Shown: positions 52,170 to 64,000 of the stretch, piece by piece
Layout of the letters: every line of letters begins with the position of its first letter
Position numbering within the stretch: the stretch's first letter is position 1
Source: the human T2T-CHM13v2.0 reference genome, Homo sapiens
Reading direction: 5' to 3' (one strand)
Length of the DNA: 64,000 nt
Assembly: GCF_009914755.1 (NCBI RefSeq)
Contig: NC_060928.1
Translations under genes and position numbers: made by a program
The notes under the pieces: model-generated
What the model was told of the DNA's origin: nothing
Databases searched by the model: none
What the model saw: the letters and a program-made list of their open reading frames with translations, nothing else

Positions 52170-54036
52170 TGTTTTCCATGTTAGAATGACAAAATCACCT
52201 ATATAAAGTCACTGCCATATTGAACAACAACAAATCTAACATTGGAGGAATGCCTATGTTTTACAAACCGCCTTTTCATTACTCTATTTCATCTTTAAGA
52301 ACACCCATGTGAAGAAACAGGACATGTGAAATAACTTTCCCTGTCATCCACTTGGTAATTTGTTTAAATTGAGTTTCACCTCAAGGTCATATGTCTCTTA
52401 AATTGTGAAATGTTTCCACTACGTTGAAGGATATCACTTTAGAAATTTTAAGTATTTCTGTGAAGGCCCTTCATTTTGTGACATTGTTAACAACAGAGGT
52501 TATAACATCTCTTTTTTTGAAGGAGTATTTGAAGTCACTATGCTCATTTTGTTTTTATGAATGCTGTAAGTTAGTCATAAGTAAAAATAAGTGAAGCTAT
52601 TTCAGTTCTTTTGAATAAAAAGGAAAGCAGATTTTTCAGTTCAGAAGGATAAAGACACAAGTCTGCTCAATGAGATGTAGTTACAAGATGCTCTGGCTTA
52701 CTCCTAGCATGTACTGAACATCTATTTGTAACATACTTGGAGATTTCTCCACTGGTTTTTGTGAGTAAAAACCTGGTGGTTATCTCAATTTGATATTAAT
52801 TGCTAGTAATTTGCTTGTAATAACCTAATGGTCGTGCCTACTGGAGGAAGATAACAAAAGAGAATGAGAGAAGGGAACCTTGCAGTAGTAGCTCTTAGAT
52901 TCTATGAATGAAGAAATCCTAAGGGGAAACCGTAGTTATTTACAACAATTAGCCAAGAGTGATTACACCGCAGAAAACAAGTATCCCACTTGTATTCCAT
53001 CACTAACTAAAAGGCAAGAAAAAATATTAAGGTAATGCAAAGTCTTAAACAAAGGGCATGGTTATATTGTCTTCATAATAAGAATAACAAAGAGATCTGT
53101 TCTTATCACATAGGACATAGTATTTCCAGGGCTCTTCTGCAGATTGGGGAGGATAAAGTGTTTCTTGACAGAATACATAAATTATTTTCATTAGGAAATC
53201 AGGCAGCTTAAGACTCCATTAAGGCAGAAAAAAATAAGTGCAGAACCTGGAGAGTGGATCAAAAGAGAAAGAAGGAATGGGGAATTTTAAAAATGGTCTG
53301 TGCTAGAGATCTCTAACTAATACGAGAATCTCCACAGTGAGGGAGATTCTAGGGCTGGTGGAGAAGTTCCAGGTTTAAGATAGTTGAGGCTAATTGAAAT
53401 ATAATAAGAAATATACAGGAGAGTATATAAATATGACAAAGGAAGTCTAAGAGGGGAGGCAGTATATTTTTGGAGATACAAGAAAGGCTTCTCTTACAAA
53501 AGGAGAGGTCAAGAAATGTGGGTTGGAATTGCTGGAAGGAAGATCCTTAAGATTGATTATGTGATTGTCTGCAATATGAAGACAATGGTATGTAGACTAG
53601 ATGTAGACATTAAGGAGGTCAAGTGTTTTCTAAGATTATTTTTTGGGCTGACAGACTTTCTATACCTGATGTCTGATTGATGTCTACACTGGTATTAATT
53701 CACTCTGATTATGAACCGTATAAAGGAAATTGTAATCCACTGTGATTATAAACTATGTATGGGAAATTGTTTTATAATGGAGAGAGTGTACACTATGTCT
53801 CAGTATATAATCATCTACTTTTCCTCTCACGCTTTAAGCTAGTCATATCACTTATTATCAGCCTCCTGCTCACCCCTCAGATACCCCCTCCTGTCATTAG
53901 TGTCAGACCTTCACATCATATTTGTCTCCATCTGTCTCAGAACTCTTTTCTCTTACTCCAAATACACTCTACCCTCTTACCTATGCTTCTTCTTATTTGT
54001 CTCATATACGTAGCCTCAACCTATGGACTTTGATAC

Positions 54037-55130
<1,094 letters not shown>

Positions 55131-55279
55131 CAGATCATATACTCTCTTGAATAGGAGTTGTCCTATTCTCATTTCAACTTCAGGAAAACTCTCCTTTGAT
55201 GCACAGTCATTAGGCCAGCTCTGAGACTGGCCAGCCCCAACCTTAATCTCATCAAAAGAAGTAATGACAATGGACACAA

Positions 55280-55870
55280 TAGAATTAAATAAAGTATAAT
55301 AAGAACACAGAAGAAGGAAGCAATGTGTTAATGCATGAGCTAATCTTTATGAGTAGAACATTAACAGATCTTTAAAGAGAAAATGATATTTTGGGAAGAT
55401 GGATTTATTTTAATAAAGTCATCTGGGTCTTGAAGTGCATAGCATTTTAAGAACAATGAGTCATCTATTGTAAGGGAAATATATTGAACATGTGCCAAAG
55501 AACTTGCTCTGAGATTAAGTTGAAAATACAGATTAGTGTCAGAATCTGAAGTGTCTTGAATGCTATGCTAAAACAATTTTACTTTCACTACTGATAGTAG
55601 AAGTCTCTAAAGGTCACTGAGCATGACCAATATGATCACATCTGTATTTGGATGAAGCAATTTTGTTACCAATGCACAATATAGTATTTGAAAAGAAAGA
55701 GATCAATAAAGGCTATTGTGATAGCCAAATAAGAAATGAAAGTATCTTGGGCATTAATGTGGCAATAGAAATAGAAAGGAGAAAAAAATGGGAATATTTT
55801 GGAAATCAAGTAGAATTAAGATGTTATTTCAGATTATGGAGACAGATATAACAGTGACATAGGTTTCTAT
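55280..55870 (-). mobile_element. Degenerate L2
   Basis: GTCTTGAATGCTATGCTAAAACAATTTTACTTT...TATGATCACATCTGTATTT...GGCTATTGTGATAGCCAAATAAGAAATGA. Confidence 0.55.
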
Positions 55871-55942
55871 ATTCAATAAATGGTTCATACCTTCTACTGT
55901 GATAGAATATTAAAGAACTGGAGATATGTCATTTCAAGTATG

Positions 55943-55990
55943 TTTAGTATGAGGTATATATTTAGTATGAGGTATATATTTAGTATGAGG
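55943..55990. repeat. 18-bp tandem repeat TTTAGTATGAGGTATATA x2.7
   Basis: Directly visible. Confidence 0.9.
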
Positions 55991-56146
55991 ATTAGCATAT
56001 ATAAATATCTAAAGGCAAATAGAAATTCAATACTGCAGGTAATACAAGAGGGAAGTCATCTAGCGCTATTGATACAGACATGTAAATCTAGAAGGATCCT
56101 TGCTTCCATAGTACAGAAGCAGCTTATTTTACAAGTGCTAATATAT

Positions 56147-56455
56147 GTATTTTGTTTTGTTTTGTTTTTGAGACAGTCTCACTTTGTCACCCAGGCTGGA
56201 GTGCAGTGTCGCGATCTCGGCTCCCTGCAACCTCCACTTCCCAGGATCGAACGATTCTCATGCCTCAGCCACCTGAGTAGCTGGAATTACAGGCACAGGC
56301 TACCACTTCCAGCTAACTTTTTTTGTAGTATTATTAGTAGAGAAAGGGTTTCACCATGTTGGCCAGGAAGGTCTCAAACTCCTGACCTCAAGGAATGCAC
56401 TTGCCTTGGCCTCTCAAAGTGCTGGGATTACAGGTGTGAGCCACTGCGCCCAGCC
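56147..56455 (-). mobile_element. AluS (Sx/Sz-like)
   Basis: Antisense dimer with (TTTTG)n tail; 15-bp TSD CAAGTGCTAATATAT at 56132-56146 and 56456-56470. Confidence 0.92.
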
Positions 56456-57263
56456 CAAGTGCTAATATATTTGCTATATTTTCATATAATGTATTTGCCC
56501 ATAGTGGTTGCCTTGTTAATGTCTAAATTATCAACCAATAATAATTAAGAAAGTGATGGTATATAAAGTGTCAAATGCAGTTTTGTTATTTATTCTAACT
56601 TCTAACCTCCTATAAACAAATGTATTATCAACATACAGCTAATAACCAACACACAAATAAACAGCATGTTATTTAAAAAGGTAAATACTTTGACAAATTC
56701 CTTTTTCCAAAAAAAGAGACATATTTCCAAAAACAGAGCAATGTTGCTATACATTTCCTCGGGACTACATGTTAGGTTAAGGTGGTTCTATTGATGACAG
56801 ATATGGCATACAGATATATATTTTACATTTCTATATCCAGCACAATAATGAGCACATATTAGAGACAATATGTTTTTGTTGAGTGAAGAAACTAAAATAA
56901 TAAACATTAGATGTAAAAGACTAGTCCTTTATTGTGTAGTAACCCACTCCATGCTTATTGAATACTCCCTTCTGTGTAAAGTCTGCTTTTTCTTCAGTGC
57001 TGTTTACTTTGCTCAGGATTTAGAAGTTTCCCATAAAAATAATACAATGTTAATAAATACATCATTCAGAGAAAGTTATGCAGAGTGGAAATTTATCTGG
57101 GTATAAAATACTACATACATCCCAGGACTTCTGGGACACAGAGAAAAACTGCATCAGAATTGAAGGTTTTAATTAATCGATCATAATAGGAGAACCAATC
57201 CAAAGTGCATTTTTTTCCAAAATTCTGAAACAGAAATATTGTTACTAATTAAAATGTGACCAA

Positions 57264-57295
57264 TTTTGTTTCTCAATGCTTTTGTTTCTCAGTGC
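57264..57295. repeat. 16-bp tandem duplication TTTTGTTTCTCA(A/G)TGC
   Basis: Directly visible. Confidence 0.8.
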
Positions 57296-58919
57296 TTTGC
57301 TAATATCACAGGTTTTGATCAAATCATTCCCTTGAATGACCCCCTTGGCAGTGAATTGTATTTAATGACATTGGCATACCCATAGATTAAATTAGTTTCA
57401 GATGTATGAAGGAAAATTCTAAATGAATCCTTTCAATAGCAGTGAAATTAAAATAGACTGCACTTATCTTTTTAGTCAGAGAATTATAGAGGGGCATTTA
57501 TTTATGTGTGTATTTTTTGTTTGCTTGTTTTTAATATTTTGATTTGTTTCTGTAGCCATGAGGGTAATTTTGTTTACTGCAAGACCCATGTAGGGCAAGA
57601 AGGAATTCTAAATTAAATGTTAATTCTAAGTTATCAGTTGTTTTTCAATCATATTTTGGGAGATTTACATTAAATGGAAATTAATTTAATTGGTTTGCTT
57701 TCACATGTTTAAATGATTGATTTATGACTTATCAAATTTTCCTTATACTGTCTTCACCTTATTTGTTGTAACAGCTTGGGAATCATGTAAAAGCCATGAG
57801 AAAACGTGGTCATTATTTATTGTATAAATACTAGGATGAAATCAAGTTGCTTTTTCTTTTTCCTTTTTACATGTATCTGAGACTACCTTTTATGGCAAGC
57901 TACTTAACAGCTCATTAGATTGAGTAGCTGCAGGATAGATCTAAGCTATTCTCTTCCCTTCTCAGGAAGTCTTTGATTTGTTTTGACCATCTAAGGAAAG
58001 TTAATAGATTTTTGTCTGTATATGTTCTCTCCTTTATTTCATCTCTGAAAAATGTTCTGATCATTAGCATTGACAGAACAAGTTGTAGATATTAACTAAA
58101 ATCCACGTCAGAGGGAAGACACAGGGAATTTATTTACTTTCTGAATGTATATTACATATTTTCCCTGAAGCAATTTCATATCCCAGGAGTATTTCTTCTC
58201 ATTATGAACTATATCCATATGTGCTGAACACTGAAACTTGTGCAGATTTTTCAGAAATGGAAAGCATCTGAAGAAGCAAATGCTTTTTAACAAATATTAT
58301 TGAGGTACCATACTTGAATATTATTATTCTTACTCAAAATTAATCAATGAAACAGTTTATCTCTCAATGGTAATGAAGAAGGAAAATGATTAATAAGAGG
58401 GCCTTGAGCCTCAAAAGAGGCATGTGCTTTTATTAAAAACATATATTCAATAATATAAAAACTAGTGAATATGTGACAGGATTTGCCTATCAATAAGTTA
58501 ATACATTTTAATTTTTAATATTTAGATTACATTTATATAGTATATGAATGCTATAAACAATTTATGAATATTATTGGAAAATAAATTTTAGTTTTAGCCT
58601 AATAACTAATGCATGATTTAAGATCTTACAGATAATTTATTAAAGTCAATTCCCATCTGTTATATTATCAAAAATAACAAAACATTAACAATGAATAAAT
58701 GGACCAATTGTATGTTTCATGCCAGACAAGTTGTACTGCTCTGGCATTAATAAAAATATTAAAAATTATGTAAAAAGTACATTATTCACTTTCTACACAA
58801 GCTGATTGTTAAACATTGAATCATTACATATTTTGTCTCATTTCTGGACTGTTGACCTATACAACTATGTATTTATGCTGAAAAAAAAATTCTGTTATAA
58901 AGAATTGTATTTTTCTTTC

Positions 58920-59219
58920 TTTTTTTTTTTTTTTGAGACAGAGTTTTGCTTTGGTTGCCCAGGGCGGACAGAGTGCACTGGTGTGATCTCGGCTAACCAC
59001 AACCTCCGCCTCCCAGGTTCAAGCGATTCTCCTGTCTCAGTCTCCTGAGTAGCTGGGATTACAGGCATGCGCCACCACACCCAGCTAATTTTGTATTTTT
59101 AGCAGAGACGGGGTTTCTCCATGTTGATCAGGCTGGTCTCAAACTCCTGACCTCAGGTGATCCACCTGCCTCGGCCTCCCAAAGTGCTAGTATTACAGGC
59201 ATGAGCCACTGCACCCGGC
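58920..59219 (-). mobile_element. AluSp
   Basis: GGGTTTCTCCATGTTGATCAGG and GGCATGCGCCACC diagnostics; near-TSD A(G/A)AATTGTAT(T/A)TTTCTTT on both flanks. Confidence 0.9.
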
Positions 59220-59807
59220 AAAAATTGTATATTTCTTTAAAATCCTTTATTCAATAAAAATGTATACTTATTTATTGAAGATGTACTGGGTACTTTATGA
59301 GGCCCCCAAAATATTAAAAAGATGACTATTTTCTATTTAATGTATATAGGTAGTAATTAGACAAAGACATTGGCAGAAATAATTTCAATATTGTAAGAGG
59401 TATTTAAAATTTAAGTAAATTCTGCCTTAATCCAAAGACTGAGCATGTATTTCATTATGTACATTGTTTAAAATTTAATAATTGGAGGATTTCTCCATTC
59501 AGAAGATCTATGTGATTGTATTCATCATATAAAATGTTAATTTTCCTTATGCCTAAAATATGCCAAGCATGTTATAGGAATATAGTAGTTGAAGTTTTTA
59601 TAAACCACTGGAAGTGGCCTATCTTGTAGTATCAGTGTGGTGAGTTCTTAATTTTATTTGTCTTTGGAGTTTAAAGTTTAAGAAACAAAGATAATAATGT
59701 AAGAAAATACCAAATTACAACACAAACTTACTAAAGCTTAGAAATGTAAGTATTCAATGAAAAGGGAAAGTGTTTAACTTACAGATAGTAAATTGTTAGT
59801 TACTCCA

Positions 59808-60114
59808 TGTTTTAGTCCATTCCTGCTGCTATAACACAATGCCTTAGACTGGGTAATTTAAAAGCAGTAGAATTCATTGCTCACAGTTCTGGAGACTGGG
59901 AAGTCCAAGATCAAAACAATTCAATGTTGGGAAAGGACTTGCTCTCTGCTTCTAAGATGACACCTTCTTGCTGCATTCTCACATGGCAGAAGAGGGTAAT
60001 GAGCCCACACACCTCTTGCATAAGGACACTAATCCCAGCAATGAAATATCTGCTCTCATAATCTAATCACCTCTTTAATGACCCACCTCTTATTACTATT
60101 GCATTTGGATAACT
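59808..60114 (-). mobile_element. MaLR LTR (MSTD/MLT1A-like), truncated
   Basis: TGTTTTAGTCCATTCCTGCTGCTATAACA...TCACAGTTCTGGAGACTGGGAAGTCCAAGATCAA...ATCTAATCACCTC. Confidence 0.82.
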
Positions 60115-60115
60115 G

Positions 60116-60246
60116 TTTTGATTTTTAATAGAGATAAGGTCTCACTATATTGCCCAGGCTGATCTCAAACTCTTGTGCTCAAGGGAAATTTCTACCTCGG
60201 TCTCCCAATGTACTGGAATTACAGGTGTGAGCCACTGCTCCAGGCC
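60116..60246 (-). mobile_element. FLAM / AluJ left monomer
   Basis: GAGATAAGGTCTCACTATATTGCCCAGGCTGATCTCAAACTC...ACAGGTGTGAGCCACTG. Confidence 0.8.
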
Positions 60247-60843
60247 TACAAACAATGACATATTATAGCCAATCAGAGTTTCTTGTCACTATGCTATAAT
60301 TAATGTTTTTATGCAGAATGGAGAATGTCAAGACGAAAATGAATAAACCAACTTTTCAGTTGCCTATTATGCTGAAATAAAAACTTAGGGAATCAGGTGA
60401 AGATATCACTGGTCTTCATATTGAAGGAGAGTTTGGATTTTTACCTGTATTGGTAGATTATAAAATGAAGGCTTAAACTATTGTTTTCTGACCATCTTTA
60501 ACAATAAAATTTTGGGTGCATTTCTAACTAGAAAAAGACGCATTATAAATGATACCATGTAAATGGATAATTCTGTAATTCTCTAATGGTTTGGAATTAT
60601 TCATCTAGCTATAAATATAGTCTGAGTAGTTACTATATAGAGACCAAACCTAATTGATTATTATCCCATCTGCACTATCATTAGGTAATTATTATACATA
60701 CTTAAACTAACTGGAATATTTTCTAGATTGAGAATAAGTAAGTAAAGTTAGATAAAAGGCAAAGTAATTTGCAGAACAAAAATATGTGTAATCAGTAGAC
60801 ATATTTATGGTTAGCATGTCTTCAATTAAAAGTTACACTTTCC

Positions 60844-61119
<276 letters not shown>

Positions 61120-61232
61120 TTATGCTTTCCAAGAGGATTAATCTTACTCTATTTTTATAGCCATTTGTGGAGGTATCCCATAAAGAAATCATTGCTAAAA
61201 TACCAAAGCATAATCTTTGCAGTGTTGATTTT

Positions 61233-61312
61233 TCATCATTCATTCACTGAAGAAGCATTGTTATCTACCTATTACATGCTGTACATTAGGCACTAGGAAT
61301 ACAAAGATTAAT
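61233..61312 (-). mobile_element. L2 3' terminus
   Basis: CATTCATTCACTGAAGAAGCATTGTT...TAGGCACTAGGAATACAAAGAT. Confidence 0.55.
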
Positions 61313-62429
61313 GCATTTAAATATATTATTGTAAATGCACGGGCAATAAGTTATTATTTAGATTATTTAATCAATGTACAACAGAAACCTGAATAATTCT
61401 ACCTCACTATTTTTTCAGAGGGATTATTTTATATCATTTTATATACTTATTTCAACTTTTCACCTAATTTTAGTGGCAAAAGGTTGAAAATATGATTAAT
61501 GTGTATGAGTTAAACAAATGTCTTCCGACCTTACAGTTACTAGACTCTCAAACTCTACAATATAAAACAAGCCATAAGTTTTCCTATGATTACAGAATCT
61601 CATATATATTTTGGAAGGAGCTTTGGAATGTGTTTTATCCAACCTCCTGAAAAATGTTGGAGTTTCTTCTTTATCCTTCCCAAAGGGGAGGGGAATAGGG
61701 TATGGAAGTTGATTACGGTAGTTGAAATATGGATAAAAGAAGAGCAAGAGTGAATGAGAATAGGTTTAGAAGACAAATAGCTCTTTCTCTCAATTTTGCA
61801 GAAGGCTGGCTATGATTATTGGTATAAGCCAGGATAAGTCAAATAATCAAATATAAAAATTGCAGTGACTTTAGAATAAATTGCTGGGGACTTAAATTTG
61901 AAAACCCCTTTTGTTTGATTTAATGCAGTTGAGTTCTGTGTGTATATCAGGAAAAATGAAAAAAAAAATCTTAAGCTTCTTTGTAAGCTCATTATTTCTA
62001 CATTTCCCAATCGTAATTTTTAGGTGACTAAAATAATGAGTTTAAACATTATTCATTCACCTGGTTCTCAATTATATCATGGTTGTTTTTACTGTAACAT
62101 TGAAATTTTAAAGGGGTTCTTAGTATAAGATATGTAGCTTCTTTCTCTGCTTCTTGCAGGAATATGCCTAAACAAAACTGAAAAAAAATTGCAAATAGAT
62201 ATATGAATCATTTTCCCCTTGAGACTCTGCTTCATATAAAGAATGCTTCTTTCAAGCTACTTTCCTATTCAAAATCCTCTGGCAACTGTAGATTATCTCT
62301 AGGATTAAGACTAAATTTGTGAGGCTAATATTCCATTCAAGGTAGCCACAATCTATACTCCGTCACTTTTTTATAACTTATTTAAATTTGAAATAAATTC
62401 TCATTAGCCACTACTATTGGCCTATTTAT

Positions 62430-63100
62430 ACCTTTTTCCAAATTGCCAGGCACACTCTGTAATCAGTTATAGTCTCTTAAATCTGCTATGTGCATTTCTG
62501 TCTCTATCATTTTGCTCACATTGATTTTGCTAATTAAATTCTTTCCACTCTCTTCCTTTCCAACCTAAGTTATAATGGTTTTAAGTATGTATCTAAATTT
62601 AATGTTCTTGGAATTTTTCAGGCAGACTCTGTTGCACAGTCCTTAAAAATCAAGTTCTATCAATGAGAAACCACACTATGATGTTTACTTGCTTTCTATC
62701 ATGGGCAATTCATGAAAAATCTTTGTGCTATGTATTTAGTTATCATAATTGGAAATACTACTAGCAATATCACATGGGTTTGTTGTGAAGATTAAGTGAA
62801 CTAATATTTGGAAAATGTAAACATTCTATAAGTGTTGCTACTGTTGCTGATATTATTGCTATTGTTGCTATTATTAAGCTATGTGACAACATGTTTATTG
62901 CCTTATATAATTTCTTAGCTATATTAATTCAATTTTTATGTGTGATTGACATATCTCTTTAAATTTTAAGCTCTTTAAGACTGAATAAAACATGTAGGAT
63001 AATTTCTAAATATCCTAATTACTTTGGACATTTTATAGTAAAAGTTCAAGAAAATGTGCTCAATCAATAAGTGAAATTATGAATGAAAGACTGAAATAAT
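62430..63100 (+). mobile_element. Degenerate L2 with an embedded MIR fragment (~62700-62830)
   Basis: TTTGCTCACATTG...TAAGCTCTTTAAG...GAATGAAAGACTGAA; MIR piece CATGGGTTTGTTGTGAAGATTAAGTGA. Confidence 0.45.
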
Positions 63101-64000
63101 GAATCCTTGTATTCAACATCCAACAATCCAACATTCTTCTATTCCCATTTGTCCATATAGATCAATACTATTATCTTAAATCACATTTTCTTCAGATAAA
63201 TTTAGCCTTTTATAGACATTTTGTTTTATAAATTTTGTTGATTGTTATAAACTCTACTACAGATAATTTTATTTTGTGTTACATGTGTAAGTATAAATTA
63301 AGTGAACAATAAATATTTCATAAAAATATAAACTAGAGGATTTTAGCATCATTATTGGATAAATTCTCCCAAATATTAATAACTAATTTATAACCAAAAC
63401 AATTTGTATCTGAAATAAGTTATTGTATGTTACATAGGTTGGGTAGAAATTTTATTTTTAATAATGTAAGCTCTGAATATTGATTTAGCCAATTTATGAC
63501 ATTAATAAAGTATGATATTTGGTGAAATTTTTATTAATTTAACCAAAAAAACTTTCAGTAATATTTTGAGAGTTTCCTACCAAGTTATTTGTACTGGGAA
63601 GCAGGTAGTCATAGAACCAGATGTGCTGAAAGAACTAGGGTTATTTTGGAGGGTGAGAATGATGAGGTGAGGAGGACGGAATAAAATCTCACAAAATGAA
63701 AAATAAAAAACAACAAGAATAACCAAATCTTCTTCCACTAGGAGGTATTCTCATTCTGCTCAATGTCATTATTAGCAGTTGGATGTCTTTTGGGAACATG
63801 TGGTTATAAGCATTGCCTCCTGATTTATGAAACGATTTCTGTTTATTCCTATATATTTATCAGTTTTAAAATCAGTAAATAAAATTTTAAGAATAAACAG
63901 AAATGTGGAAACAAATATGAAAAGAAACAGTGAAAACATGTGATAGTGCTTGTCTTCTAAGAAGTGAATGTTCAAAAGGAAAATTGAGTCAACAGACAAG

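Noticed and set aside
52800-53700. Purine-rich stretch that may be an ancient repeat
   Set aside because: Could not assign a family or boundaries by eye
55880-56548. 222-aa ORF
   Set aside because: Chance read-through of an 18-bp tandem repeat and an antisense Alu
58108-58293. Minus-strand open frame with acceptor-like TTGCTTCTTCAG
   Set aside because: Weak donor (AAA/GTAAAT) and unrecognisable peptide
62135-62345. Strong + strand acceptor-like tract (similar ones at 20360 and 26720)
   Set aside because: No good partner donor or open frame; such tracts are common in T-rich DNA

Overview
AT-rich, CpG-depleted primate genomic DNA, very probably human because it carries an AluYb8. It looks like a gene desert or the inside of a very large intron. 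I found no protein-coding exon I can support: the recognisable ORFs are decayed LINE-1 ORF1/ORF2 or Alu/LTR read-throughs, and the rest resemble no protein I know. The window is a dense record of transposition: 11 Alu/FLAM copies, about 11 LINE-1 pieces (including a ~19 kb minus-strand L1 block at 33.2-52.2 kb with four-level nesting), MaLR/ERVL/ERV1 solo LTRs, MER1A/MER2/MER5A DNA transposon relics, MIR and L2. The most unusual items are an 84-nt snaR-related (ASR/CAS-like) Pol III RNA retrocopy with a perfect 12-bp TSD (48544-48640), a near-consensus AluYb8 inside an L1, a ~335-bp palindromic AT-rich repeat (24802-25137), a twin-primed 5'-inverted L1, and a duplicated L1/MLT2A junction. Subfamily names come from remembered diagnostic motifs, not from a RepeatMasker run, and boundaries of old elements are approximate.
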